Source: Deltaproteobacteria bacterium
GTDB lineage: Bacteria > Desulfobacterota > GWC2-55-46
NCBI GenBank assembly: GCA_016182655.1
Contig: JACPGB010000016.1
Location: 3,224 to 67,223 of the forward strand
DNA: 64,000 bases
Direction of reading: 5' to 3'
Shown here: piece after piece, positions 7,944 to 17,619 of the stretch
How the letters are laid out: each line of letters starts with the position of its first letter
Position numbering within the stretch: the stretch's first letter is position 1
The notes under the pieces: model-generated
What the model saw: the letters and a program-made list of their open reading frames with translations, nothing else
Database searches by the model: none
Told to the model about the DNA's origin: nothing
Program-made: the position numbers and the translations under genes

Positions 7944-10661
7944 ATGGCGGTCGAGAAAAAGATAGTGAGGGAAGAAGAGCCCGAGTCCATAGAAGTGATA
8001 TTAAGGAACGGGCAGAGCTTGAGGGTCCGGCCCATAAGGCCGGAGGACAAGAAAAAGCTCGAGGGGTTCTTCTACAGGCTCTCACCGCGCACGCGGTACT
8101 TGCGGTTCCAGTACGCCAAGGAGTTCATAACAGAGGACGAGCTCAAGTATTTTACCGAAGTCACGCCACCCAAACGGTACGCCTATGTGGCGACGGTCGG
8201 CGAGGCCGACACGGAGCGGATACTCGCGGTCGGCAGGTGGGACATACTCCCCGTCGGGAATGTCGCAGAGGTCGCCTTCACGGTCGAGGACAACATACAA
8301 CTCCGGGGGCTCGGCACGATACTCCTTGAAGAGCTCGCAAGGGCGGCTACCAAATACAACATCGTGGCCTTCGAAGCACAGGTCCTTCAGGATAACACCC
8401 GGATGCTCGAGGTCTTTGAAGAGAGCGGCTTCAGGCTTAAAAAGAGGTTCGCCGAGGGCGTCTATTACATAGCTATCGACTTAAAGGACCAGGAAGAGTA
8501 CGAAAAGAGACAGGCCCACAGGGAGCATATCGCGAGGAGCGCGGGCGTTAAAAGGCTCCTCTGCCCGCATAGGGTCGCGGTAGTCGGCGCGTCCCGTAAC
8601 CCCGAGTCCGTCGGAGGCGCCCTTTTCAGGAACCTCCTCAAGGACGGCTTTAACGGAGTGGTCTTCCCGGTGAACCCGAAGGCGGATTCCATCGCCGGGG
8701 TGCTCGCGTACCCCACGGTGCTCGATTGCCCCGGAGACATAGACATCGCCATATTGGTCGTCCCGGCCGAGCAGGTATTGAGTGTGGTGGATGAGTGCGC
8801 GAAGAAGAACGTCGCCGGGCTTGTCATTATTACCGCCGGGTTCGGGGAGTCCGGCCCTGAGGGCAGGGAGCGGGAGAAGAAACTCCGCGAGAAGATACTC
8901 TCCTACGGCATGAGGGTCATAGGCCCCAACTGCCTCGGCATATTGAACAACAACCCGGATGTGAAGTTGAACGCCACGTTCTCTCCGGTCTCTCCGCCTT
9001 CCGGCAACTTATCGATCGGCTCGCAGAGCGGGGCCCTGGGGCTCGCCCTCCTCGACCATGCGAAATCCATAAACCTCGGCATATCGAGCTTCGTAAGCTT
9101 CGGAAACAGGATCGACATCTCGACGAACGACCTCCTCGACTACTGGGAGGACGACAAGAACACCGATGTAATAGTCCTCTATCAGGAGTCGTTCGGAGAG
9201 GCGCGCAAATTCGGGCGCATCGCCAGAAGGGTCTCGCACAAGAAACCGATAATCGCCGTAAAGGCAGGAAGGTCGAAGGTCGGCGCCGCGGCGGCCACCT
9301 CCCACACCGGGGCGCTTGCGGCCTCGGATGTCGCGGTAGACGCGCTCTTCAGGCACGCGGGCGTAATACGCGTTACCACAATTGAAGAGATGTTCAACGC
9401 TTCCGAGGTCCTCACCCACCAGCCGCTTCCCCGGGGGCCGAGGGTCGGGATACTGACGAACGCCGGAGGCCCCGGAGTCCTCGCGGCAGACGCCTGCGAA
9501 GGGTTGGGGCTGAAGGTCACGCCGTTATCCGAGGCGACCCAGAAAAAATTGAGAGAGTTCCTGCCAAAGGCCGCGGCTGTACTTAACCCCGTTGACATGA
9601 TAGCCACGGCCCCGCCGGAGTCTTTCAAAAAGGCGCTCTCCATCATGCTCCAGGACCCGGAGATAGATTCCATCATCGTCATCTACATACCGCCCCTTGT
9701 CACGAAACCCGAGGATGTCGCGGAGGCCGTAGGGGAGGTGTTGTCGAATTACATGGGGGACAAGCCGGTCATCACCTGCTTCATGATGTCGCAAACAGCC
9801 CTTGCCGAGATAAGGAAGAGCGCGAAGTATCCATTAAGACCCTTTATCTTCCCGGAGGACGCGGTCCAGGCCCTGTCGCTCGCCTACGACTACTCTCAGT
9901 ACAGGGAGATGGAGGAGGGGACCGTCGTAAAATTCCCGGAGATAGACGCAGAGAAGATACGCTCCAGGGACTGGGTGCGGAATATACTCAAAAGAAAGGG
10001 CTGGCTCATGCCCGAGGAGGCGATAGCGCTCCTGAAGGAGTACGGGATCACCGTGGCCGATACCCTTGTGGCAAAGAGTGCGATTGAAGCGGCAGACGCG
10101 GCAGAGAGGCTCGGTTATCCGGTCGTCATGAAGATCCGTTCCTCCCGCATAGTCCACAAGACCGATGTCGGAGGCATTGCCGTCGGACTTAAAGACGCCG
10201 AGGATGTCAAAAGGGCGTTCTCGATGATGCTCCTCAAGGTGGAATCCGCCGGGTTTGCCGGAGAGACCGACGGGGTAATAATACAGTCCATGGCAAAGGG
10301 CGGGCAGGAGATGATAGCCGGCATGTCGCAGGACCCGCTCTTCGGCCCGCTCATCATGCTCGGGCTCGGCGGCGTCTCTGTCGAGCTTCTGAAGGATGTC
10401 GCCTTTTCCATCCACCCGCTCCGGGACGCCGACACGGACAGGATGCTCCGGGGGCTTAAAAGCCTCCCGCTCCTCCAGGGCTACCGTGGAAGGCCGTTCG
10501 GCGACATAAAGGCGCTGAAAGAGGCGCTCTTAAGGTTCTCGTCCCTCGTCGAGGACTTCCCCGAAATTGACCAGATAGAGATAAACCCGCTCCTCGTGCT
10601 CGAAGAGGGTAGCGGCGTTACGGCGCTCGATGTAAGGGTCTACATGAACCCTGCCGAATAA
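7944..10661 (+). CDS. bifunctional GNAT N-acetyltransferase / ADP-forming acyl-CoA synthetase (CoA-binding + ATP-grasp) family protein
   Basis: N-terminal GNAT fold (~190 aa), then succinyl-CoA-synthetase-like CoA-binding domain (VAVVGASRNPESVGG...VFPVNPK) and ATP-grasp domain (GYPVVMKI...HKTDVGGI); RBS ggagg 5 nt upstream of ATG 7944. Confidence 0.8.
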   Translation: MAVEKKIVREEEPESIEVILRNGQSLRVRPIRPEDKKKLEGFFYRLSPRTRYLRFQYAKEFITEDELKYFTEVTPPKRYAYVATVGEADTERILAVGRWDILPVGNVAEVAFTVEDNIQLRGLGTILLEELARAATKYNIVAFEAQVLQDNTRMLEVFEESGFRLKKRFAEGVYYIAIDLKDQEEYEKRQAHREHIARSAGVKRLLCPHRVAVVGASRNPESVGGALFRNLLKDGFNGVVFPVNPKADSIAGVLAYPTVLDCPGDIDIAILVVPAEQVLSVVDECAKKNVAGLVIITAGFGESGPEGREREKKLREKILSYGMRVIGPNCLGILNNNPDVKLNATFSPVSPPSGNLSIGSQSGALGLALLDHAKSINLGISSFVSFGNRIDISTNDLLDYWEDDKNTDVIVLYQESFGEARKFGRIARRVSHKKPIIAVKAGRSKVGAAAATSHTGALAASDVAVDALFRHAGVIRVTTIEEMFNASEVLTHQPLPRGPRVGILTNAGGPGVLAADACEGLGLKVTPLSEATQKKLREFLPKAAAVLNPVDMIATAPPESFKKALSIMLQDPEIDSIIVIYIPPLVTKPEDVAEAVGEVLSNYMGDKPVITCFMMSQTALAEIRKSAKYPLRPFIFPEDAVQALSLAYDYSQYREMEEGTVVKFPEIDAEKIRSRDWVRNILKRKGWLMPEEAIALLKEYGITVADTLVAKSAIEAADAAERLGYPVVMKIRSSRIVHKTDVGGIAVGLKDAEDVKRAFSMMLLKVESAGFAGETDGVIIQSMAKGGQEMIAGMSQDPLFGPLIMLGLGGVSVELLKDVAFSIHPLRDADTDRMLRGLKSLPLLQGYRGRPFGDIKALKEALLRFSSLVEDFPEIDQIEINPLLVLEEGSGVTALDVRVYMNPAE

Positions 10662-10698
10662 CCATCGGGACTTTTCCTTATTATAGACAGGCAATCAA

Positions 10699-11562
10699 AT
10701 GCTCTGGTTGAGACGCGCGCTCCTGGCAGGCATCGCGCTATGCCTGCTTTTCATAATCATATCGCTCGCCGCCTTTCACCTCGTGCCTATCGAGATAATA
10801 GAGGCGCGCCTCAAGGAAGAGGCCGAGGCGCGCGCCGGGCTGACCGTCACGGAGCAGTCGTTAATGAGGACATACCCGGCAGGCATCGAGGCGGAAGGCG
10901 TCGATATGGCGCTCAAAGGCAAGGAGCCGTTCATCCACATCGATAATATGGTCGCCTGGCCCGATTACATGGGCCTTCTCTCGGGCAAGGTGAGGTTTTC
11001 GTACGCAGGGGCCATTGAAAACGGCGTCATCAAGGGGCGCGCGGGGTTCGGCCTCCTCGGCGGGTCTCAAATACGGCTTGAGGCGGACGGGGTCCCGATA
11101 AGCGCGGTGCCTGCGATAAACAGGTTCGTGACCGGCTTGAGGGGTTCTTTCTCCGGTACGGCCGAGGTCTCGATGAAAGGCGATGGGAGGTGCCCTTCCG
11201 GGTTCGCCGAGTTCCGGAGCGACGATCTAAAGGGAGGCAAGGTGAGCTTAAGGGGGATACCGCTTTCGGTCGGCTCGATAGGGGATGCCGGATTGGACGC
11301 GAGGTTCTCGGAGTGCAGGGTGGACGTTAAAGGGCTATGGCTGGACGGGAGCGACCTTTCTCTGCGGATCGATGGAAAGATAAAGGTCGAAAAGCCGTTG
11401 AATAAGAGCCCGCTCGATCTTACGCTCGAGCTCGTACCCAAGAAGCCCCTCTTTAGAGGAGAAAGCGATGTGCTCGCGGTCCTGAGGCGGTTCCAGGGGT
11501 CCGCGAATTACTTCAAAGTGCCGGTCAGAGGCACGCTCGGGTCCCCAGCGCTCGGCGGCTAA
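10699..11562 (+). CDS. membrane-anchored hypothetical protein, possibly GspN-like (T2SS protein N)
   Basis: Single N-terminal TM segment followed by a soluble domain of a size and architecture compatible with GspN; the functional assignment is tentative. Confidence 0.35.
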   Translation: MLWLRRALLAGIALCLLFIIISLAAFHLVPIEIIEARLKEEAEARAGLTVTEQSLMRTYPAGIEAEGVDMALKGKEPFIHIDNMVAWPDYMGLLSGKVRFSYAGAIENGVIKGRAGFGLLGGSQIRLEADGVPISAVPAINRFVTGLRGSFSGTAEVSMKGDGRCPSGFAEFRSDDLKGGKVSLRGIPLSVGSIGDAGLDARFSECRVDVKGLWLDGSDLSLRIDGKIKVEKPLNKSPLDLTLELVPKKPLFRGESDVLAVLRRFQGSANYFKVPVRGTLGSPALGG

Positions 11563-11676
11563 TCGTTTTTTCCTTTCTCAATATCGTCGAGGGCGGCTCG
11601 CGCGCCTTCGGCGCCCGGAAAACCCTTGTTCGACAACGCGGCCTTAAGCTCTGTTTTCGCCAGCTTCAAATCGCCT

Positions 11677-12375
11677 TTAGCCGGATATGCCATGCGTGCC
11701 GGTTATGGTCGGGTCGTCCGGGAGAGTCCCCTTGGCCATCTCGGCGAACGTCGGGGCCGCATCAGTTGGGTCGATAGACAAAGTCTTTCTGAGCGTCTCT
11801 TCGGCCTTCAGGAGCTCGCCGCTTGAGGCGTATACGCTTGCGCCCACAAGGTACGGCCTTACAGAGCCGGGTTTTGTCCTAAGGACCTCTTCGATCATCT
11901 CAATAGCCTTCTCGTACTCCTTGCGGCCCGCGAGGGCGGCGGCGTATATAAGCCGGGCTTCGGTACGGCCGGGCTCGGTTTTGAGCACCTGAGAGGCCAT
12001 CTCCGCGGCCCGTGTAAACTCCTTTGAGGCGAGGTAGAGCTCCCCGAGCTTAAGGCGGGCCTCGGTGTAGCCGGGCTTTAATTCCACCGCCCGTGAGAGC
12101 TCCTTATAGGCCTTGACCGCGTTGGACGCGCCTCCGCTCCTCATATATGCGAGCGCGAGGAAATATAGCCCCTCGGGGCTGTCAGGGTCTATCTGGAGCG
12201 CGTTCTTGAACTCTATCTCGGCCTCAAGCGGCATCGCCTCCGAGAGATGCTTCCTGCCGCTCTCCATGTATTTCTCGAACTTCTCCGCCGGGCTCGACCC
12301 GCAGGCGTACATGTAGATGAGCAGGAAGAGCGCGAAGAAGACGACCGTCGGTTTGTATTTTAGGTATCCGCCCAT
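11677..12375 (-). CDS. TPR-repeat lipoprotein
   Basis: Signal/lipobox-like N-terminus (FFALFLLIYMYACGSS) followed by 4-5 TPR units. Confidence 0.65.
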   Translation of the reverse strand: MGGYLKYKPTVVFFALFLLIYMYACGSSPAEKFEKYMESGRKHLSEAMPLEAEIEFKNALQIDPDSPEGLYFLALAYMRSGGASNAVKAYKELSRAVELKPGYTEARLKLGELYLASKEFTRAAEMASQVLKTEPGRTEARLIYAAALAGRKEYEKAIEMIEEVLRTKPGSVRPYLVGASVYASSGELLKAEETLRKTLSIDPTDAAPTFAEMAKGTLPDDPTITGTHGISG

Positions 12376-12381
12376 CGATAG

Positions 12382-14250
12382 TTATCCCAATCCGCTCAAG
12401 TCCCTGAGTATCGCCTTGGCGTCCTCGGCCTCGGCGAACCCGTCGCTTATGTCGAGCGCCTTTTCGAACGACTCTTTCGCCTCTTTCGATTTATCGAGTT
12501 TGCGTTGCACGAGCCCGAGCCTGTAGTAGACCGTCGGCTTCCCGGTCCCTGCCTTTACAAGCGCCGAATAGGCGTTGAGCGCGTCTTCGAACCTCCCGAG
12601 CTTGAAATACGCCCAGGCGAGCGCCTCTTTCGCCCCGGCGTCCTCGGGGTTCGCCTCGACACCCTTGAGCGCGAATTTCAGGGCCGACTCCATGCCGCCT
12701 TTTTTTATGAGAGCGCCGGAGAGTCTGGAATACCCCTCTGCCATCTGGGGCGAGCTTGCCACGGCCTTCCTGTATTCCGTCGCCGCCTCGTCAAGCCTTC
12801 CCGCCTTTTCATAGAGGTCGCCGAGTATCATGGCGAGCCTGTACGAGCCCGGCTCTATCTTCTGGGCCTTCCCGTAATACAGGGCGGCCCTCTCGTATTC
12901 GCCTTTTGATTCGAGCACCTCTCCAAGCTCGACGTAATGCGTTATGAGACCAGGACGCTTTTCTATCGCCGAAAGGTACGTCTCCTCCGCCTCCGCCACG
13001 TTGCCGAGCCGCGCCTCGGCCCTCGCCCTCGATATCGTGAAGAACGGGGACTCGTCCTTATTGACGAGCAGCATCGAATCGACCGCTTCGATCGCCTGTA
13101 TGTAGAGCCCGGCCCTCATGAGAACGTAAGAGAGCGAAAGTCTCGCGGGGAGCTCCTTCGGCGCGGCCTGGACGTGCTCGGACATCCTGAAGTCGGCCCT
13201 GCTCAAGTCCGGGAAGATATCTCCCGCTTTCAGGAACTCGACATCCGCTTCATTCGGTTTGCCCTCGGACAGGAGGACCGCCCCCAGTATGAGGTGGCCC
13301 GCGTCGTCAAGCGGGTCGATTTCTATCGCCTTTGTCGCCGCCTCCTTCGCGCCCTTGTAGTCGCCGAGGAGATGCATCGCGGCCGCGGCGTTCAAGTACG
13401 GCTCCTTGAGCCGAGGGCTTTTCGCGATTATCTTCCTGAAGTCTTCCGCCGCGCCCTCGTAGTCCTTTCTTACGAGCTTTGTGAGGCCGATAAAATAGGA
13501 GGTCATGTAGAACTCGGGGTTCAGCTCGTTCAGGGCCGCAAACCGGCTTTCCGCCTCCTCGGGCCTGTCCGTAAGCAGGTAGCAGGTGCCGAGGACGAGG
13601 TATGCTCCCGAGGAGCGCGCGTCGTCGGCTATCGCCTTTTCGGCGTACTCGGCGGACTTCGCGTAATCTCCTTCGGCGAGGTGTATCCTGCTCAAATTCA
13701 GGTAATCGGGGTTTGTCGCAAGGAGCTTTTCATAGTAGGCCCTCGCGTTCTTGAGGAGCCCCTGACCGAGATAGATGGAGGCGACATGGCGTATCACCGC
13801 CGGGTCCTCCTTGATCTTCAACGATTCGAGGAAGTAGACGAGCGACTTGTGATACCTCTTCCTCCCCGAGTAGTAGCGCCCCATGACGCCGTAGATCTCG
13901 GAGGCGAAGAGCCCGTCGACCTTCATGGCGCGCTCGGCCTGCCTTAAGGCCATGCGCTCGTCGTCGAGGTTGAGGTAGGCCATCGTGAGAAGGAAGTAGG
14001 AGGTAAGGTCGCGGGGGTCCTCGAGGGCTATCTTTTCCTCAAGCTCCACGACCTTTCTGAATTCGTTTTTTTTGAGCAGTTCGATGGAGACGTCGTGTCT
14101 CGACTCAAGCCCAGGGGCGAGCGGTATCGCGTGCGACGGCGGAGAAAAGACGAAGATTGCGACGACTACGGACAGGACTGCCGCGACAGACTCGATCGTG
14201 GTGAGTTTTTTCACGCCGCGCCTCCATTTTGGATAAAGACGAGTATACAC
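12382..14250 (-). CDS. large TPR-repeat protein, PEP-CTERM-system PrsT-like (GTG start)
   Basis: Roughly 14 TPR units after an N-terminal hydrophobic segment; location next to the PEP-CTERM peptide gene and sigma-54 regulators. Confidence 0.7.
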   Translation of the reverse strand: MYTRLYPKWRRGVKKLTTIESVAAVLSVVVAIFVFSPPSHAIPLAPGLESRHDVSIELLKKNEFRKVVELEEKIALEDPRDLTSYFLLTMAYLNLDDERMALRQAERAMKVDGLFASEIYGVMGRYYSGRKRYHKSLVYFLESLKIKEDPAVIRHVASIYLGQGLLKNARAYYEKLLATNPDYLNLSRIHLAEGDYAKSAEYAEKAIADDARSSGAYLVLGTCYLLTDRPEEAESRFAALNELNPEFYMTSYFIGLTKLVRKDYEGAAEDFRKIIAKSPRLKEPYLNAAAAMHLLGDYKGAKEAATKAIEIDPLDDAGHLILGAVLLSEGKPNEADVEFLKAGDIFPDLSRADFRMSEHVQAAPKELPARLSLSYVLMRAGLYIQAIEAVDSMLLVNKDESPFFTISRARAEARLGNVAEAEETYLSAIEKRPGLITHYVELGEVLESKGEYERAALYYGKAQKIEPGSYRLAMILGDLYEKAGRLDEAATEYRKAVASSPQMAEGYSRLSGALIKKGGMESALKFALKGVEANPEDAGAKEALAWAYFKLGRFEDALNAYSALVKAGTGKPTVYYRLGLVQRKLDKSKEAKESFEKALDISDGFAEAEDAKAILRDLSGLG

Positions 14251-14342
14251 GGTAAAATAACGTCTGCCGGCCTGTGCCGGCGCTTTGAAAATCTTTTTTG
14301 GATGATATTTTCCGGGGGTGCCGGATGCGGGATGACAAGAGG

Positions 14343-14380
14343 TAAAAAGAAGGGGCGGCCCGTTTTCACGGGCCGCCCCT
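14343..14380 (-). terminator. rho-independent terminator of the PEP-CTERM peptide gene
   Basis: Minus strand reads ggggcggcccg-tgaaaa-cgggccgcccc followed by ttctttttacc. Confidence 0.6.
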
Positions 14381-14394
14381 TCTGCAGACGCAGG

Positions 14395-14613
14395 CTACTC
14401 GTCCCTCTTTTTGAGCTTTCTCGCGGCGAGGCCCGCTACCGCCGCTCCGAGGAGGAGCATCGTCGAAGGCTCAGGCACGCTCACGTGGTTCCCGCCGTTC
14501 TCGTTGTTCCCGTTGCCGTTCGGGATGTTGTTCAAATTGCCGTCCTCAGCATAGGCGTAAGGCGCGAACGCGAGGACCGATGAAAGCGCCAGCACGGTAA
14601 AAATTGACTTCAT
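14395..14613 (-). CDS. small (72 aa) PEP-CTERM sorting-domain protein with Asn/Gly-rich mature region
   Basis: Signal peptide MKSIFTVLALSSVLAFAPYAYA; low-complexity NGNGNNENGGN region; canonical PEP-CTERM tail VPEPSTMLLLGAAVAGLAARKLKKRDE; strong RBS aaggagg. Confidence 0.8.
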   Translation of the reverse strand: MKSIFTVLALSSVLAFAPYAYAEDGNLNNIPNGNGNNENGGNHVSVPEPSTMLLLGAAVAGLAARKLKKRDE

Positions 14614-14696
14614 GGTGCCTCCTTTTCTCCCTTGGTTTGTCAGGCTTTTCCATATAGATGATATATGGGTAAGGCTTTACGGCTACGTGGATATAT

Positions 14697-14712
14697 AGCA
14701 ACAGCCGTGCCA
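14697..14712 (-). promoter_or_regulatory. sigma-54 (-24/-12) promoter driving the PEP-CTERM peptide gene
   Basis: Reverse complement of 14695-14715 is cTTTGGCACGgctgTTGCTat, matching TGGCACG-N4-TTGCW exactly; ~70-nt leader to the start codon at 14613; AT-rich ata(t) repeats just downstream of the promoter (14651-14700). Confidence 0.6.
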
Positions 14713-14923
14713 AAGAGCGCTATGCCGTTTTTTACTGAACGATTCCGGCGCGTTCAGGAGTCACGGACTACGCTTTGCGGAGGGTGCGGACAAACGGTAC
14801 GTGGGAATGTAAACGCCGGTTGACGCGCCTTGGGGGAGGGTCTTCGCAAAAAATCGCGCCGTGCCTGAGTAATCCCTTGTACCCATTGTGTAAAACTTAT
14901 TTACCGGTGTTTACCTGACTCTT

Positions 14924-16276
14924 CTACCTGGTCCTTATGTTGTACCTTGTGATGAGCCTGGAGAGGTACTGCCTGCTTATGCCGAGCTCGGTCGCCGAGC
15001 GCGTGACCGCGCCTTTGTTCTTAAGGAGAGTTTCCTGTATCATCCTCTTCTTGAACCGCTCCTTGGCCTCGATGAACCCGGCCCCGGTCTCCTCCGCGCT
15101 CTCATTCTCTCCAAGTGCAAGGTCCTCCGGCGTTATCTCCTTGCCCCTGCATAGGGCCACGGCCCTTTTTACCTTGTTCTCGAGCTCCCGGATGTTACCC
15201 GGCCAAGAGTAGGATTTAAGCGAGTCGATTGAGGCCCTCGAATAGCCCGAGACGGGTATGTCGAACTCGGATGAGTATTTCCTGAGGAGCTTCAGCGCCA
15301 TGACGCATATGTCCTCGCCACGGTCCCGGAGCGGCGGCATCTCGAGTATCACTACCCCGAGCCTGTAGAAGAGGTCTTCCCTGAAGGACCCTTTCCTGAT
15401 CATCGATTTCAGGTCCCTGTTCGTCGCGGCGATGACTCGAGCGTTCACCTCGACCGGGTTACGACCGCCGATAGGCTCTATTGTGCGCTCCTGGAGGAAC
15501 CTGAGGAGCTTGACCTGGAGCTTCAGGGAGAGTTCGCCGACCTCGTCTAAAAATAGGGTGCCTTTGTCGGCGCATTCTATCTTGCCGGTCCTTCTGGAGT
15601 CGGCCCCGGTGAACGAGCCCTTTTCATACCCGAACAGTTCGCTCTCAAGGAGGTTTTCGGGTATCGCTCCGCAGTTTATGACTGTGAGCGGGCCGTTCTT
15701 GCGCGCGCTCATGAGGTGTATCGCGTTGGCGGCGAGCTCCTTGCCGGTCCCGGATTCGCCCAATATGAGGACCGGCACGTCGACCGGCGCGACCTTTCCT
15801 ATGATCCGGAAGACCTCCTGCATGGGCGCGCTGTCCCCGGTCATCTCTAACAAGGGAGCATTTGCGCGGACCTCCGCGGGCCTGCGCTCCCGCCGTACAC
15901 GGCAGAGGCCGGCGGCCCTCCTTACGACTACGCAGAGTTCCTTGAAATCCACGGGCCTCTCGAACAGGTCGTAAGCGCCGGCGTCAAGGGCCATAAGCCC
16001 GGCGTCCGCAACGCCGTCCGAGAGGGCGACGACCTTGAGGTCCCTGTCGAGCCTTGATATCTCCGAGACCGCCTGCCACGCTCCGTCGTCAAACCGGGCC
16101 CCGCCCGAGTCGAGGTCGACGACGGCCGCCGAGTGGGCCTCTGCCCGGAGCATGCGGAGAGCCTCGTCCAGCCCGGACGTCTGGTTGAAGCAGAAGCCGG
16201 AGGGCATCCCGCGTCTGAGCCCTTCGGCGATCCCCGCGTCCTGGCTCAATATGAGAATCGGCTTAATCCTGGACAT
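14924..16276 (-). CDS. sigma-54-dependent transcriptional activator with degenerate N-terminal receiver-like domain
   Basis: AAA+ sigma-54 interaction domain (GESGTGKE...GAFTGA-like ESELFGYEKGSFTGA) and C-terminal Fis-type HTH; N-terminal domain aligns to a receiver but lacks the conserved Lys (DLFERP instead of DLFTKP) and one acidic-pocket Asp. Confidence 0.8.
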   Translation of the reverse strand: MSRIKPILILSQDAGIAEGLRRGMPSGFCFNQTSGLDEALRMLRAEAHSAAVVDLDSGGARFDDGAWQAVSEISRLDRDLKVVALSDGVADAGLMALDAGAYDLFERPVDFKELCVVVRRAAGLCRVRRERRPAEVRANAPLLEMTGDSAPMQEVFRIIGKVAPVDVPVLILGESGTGKELAANAIHLMSARKNGPLTVINCGAIPENLLESELFGYEKGSFTGADSRRTGKIECADKGTLFLDEVGELSLKLQVKLLRFLQERTIEPIGGRNPVEVNARVIAATNRDLKSMIRKGSFREDLFYRLGVVILEMPPLRDRGEDICVMALKLLRKYSSEFDIPVSGYSRASIDSLKSYSWPGNIRELENKVKRAVALCRGKEITPEDLALGENESAEETGAGFIEAKERFKKRMIQETLLKNKGAVTRSATELGISRQYLSRLITRYNIRTR

Positions 16277-16290
16277 GGCGTGTCAACCCC

Positions 16291-17613
16291 TTATGCCTTG
16301 ACTATCTTGTCGCTCTGTATGCCGGAGGTGGCGTTCCTCGTGTCCACGACGAGACGGCTGTTCTCGACTATCCGGGGATAATCGTAGGAGCTGTGGTCCG
16401 TGGCTATGAGGACGCAGTCGTAGCGCTTGAGCCCCTTGTAATCGAGCTCCCTGGAGCGGAGCTTCATCGGCCTCCTGTGGCTTATCGCGACGGGTATGAA
16501 AGGGTCGTTATAGGAGACCTCCGCGCCTTTTTCCTTGAGTATCCTTATGAGCTCGAGAGAGGGCGATTCGCGGAGATCGTCGACGTTCTTCTTGTAGGCT
16601 ATCCCGAGGAGGAGTATCTCCGAGCCGCGTATGCTTTTCCCCCTGACGTTCAGCGCCTCCATCACCTTCTGGACGACGTAGTACGGCATGTTGGTGTTTA
16701 TCTCGCCGGCGAGCTCTATGAAGCGCGTGGAAAAATCGTACTCGCGCGCCTTCCACGTCAGATAAAACGGGTCTATTGGTATGCAATGGCCCCCGAGCCC
16801 CGGCCCGGGGTAGAAGGCCTGGAAGCCGAACGGCTTGGTGTTCGAGGCCTTTATCACCTCCCAGACGTCGATATCCATCCTGTCGCAGAGCATCTTGAGC
16901 TCGTTCACAAGGGCTATGTTTACCGAGCGGTAGATGTTCTCGAGGAGCTTGGACATCTCCGCGACCTTCGTCGAGCTCACGGGTATCACGGACTCGACTA
17001 TCTTCGAATAGAGCGCGCAACCGGCCTTCGAGCACCTCTCCGTGATACCGCCGACTATCTTCGGCGTGTTCCGCGTCGTGAAGTCCCGTCTCCCGGGGTC
17101 CTCCCTCTCGGGGGAGAAGACGAGGAAGAAGTCCCGCCCGGCTTTGAGCCCGTCCCTTGCGAAAAGCGGCAGGAGTATCTCCTCGGTCGTGCCGGGGTAG
17201 GTGGTGGATTCCAGCGAGACGAGCGTGCCGGGGCGCAGGTGCCTGGCGACCTCCCTTGCCGACGCCTCGACGTACGTGAGGTCGGGCTCGCGCTTGTCCG
17301 ACAGCGGCGTGGGGACGCAAATCACTATCGCGCCGGCCTTCGAGAGGAGCGAGAAATCGGTCGTGGGATGGAAAGCGGGCGAGGGGCCGTTGACGAACCC
17401 CGCGACCTTTTCCGAGGGGATGTGCTTTATGTACGACTCCCCGTCGCTTAGAGCCTTGATCTTTGACTCGTCCAGGTCGAAGCCTATCACAGTGAACCCT
17501 TCCTCGCAGAACCTGAGCACTATCGGGAGCCCGACGTAGCCGAGCCCGACGACGCCTACCGTTATCTTTTTCTCGTCGATCGACCGTAGGAGGTCCTTGT
17601 AGAATCCCGCCAT
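16291..17613 (-). CDS. nucleotide-sugar 6-dehydrogenase, WbpA/TviB/WecC-like (UDP-N-acetyl-hexosamine dehydrogenase family)
   Basis: N-terminal Rossmann motif VVGLGYVGLP; catalytic Cys block (GGHCIPID); UDPG/MGDP dehydrogenase C-terminal domain. Confidence 0.8.
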   Translation of the reverse strand: MAGFYKDLLRSIDEKKITVGVVGLGYVGLPIVLRFCEEGFTVIGFDLDESKIKALSDGESYIKHIPSEKVAGFVNGPSPAFHPTTDFSLLSKAGAIVICVPTPLSDKREPDLTYVEASAREVARHLRPGTLVSLESTTYPGTTEEILLPLFARDGLKAGRDFFLVFSPEREDPGRRDFTTRNTPKIVGGITERCSKAGCALYSKIVESVIPVSSTKVAEMSKLLENIYRSVNIALVNELKMLCDRMDIDVWEVIKASNTKPFGFQAFYPGPGLGGHCIPIDPFYLTWKAREYDFSTRFIELAGEINTNMPYYVVQKVMEALNVRGKSIRGSEILLLGIAYKKNVDDLRESPSLELIRILKEKGAEVSYNDPFIPVAISHRRPMKLRSRELDYKGLKRYDCVLIATDHSSYDYPRIVENSRLVVDTRNATSGIQSDKIVKA

Positions 17614-17619
17614 GTCTAT

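Noticed and set aside
16393-17451. 352-aa plus-strand and 270-aa minus-strand ORFs overlapping the sugar dehydrogenase gene
   Set aside because: They are alternative-frame/antisense ORFs with Arg/Gly/Pro-rich composition. The dehydrogenase frame carries the Rossmann and catalytic Cys motifs.
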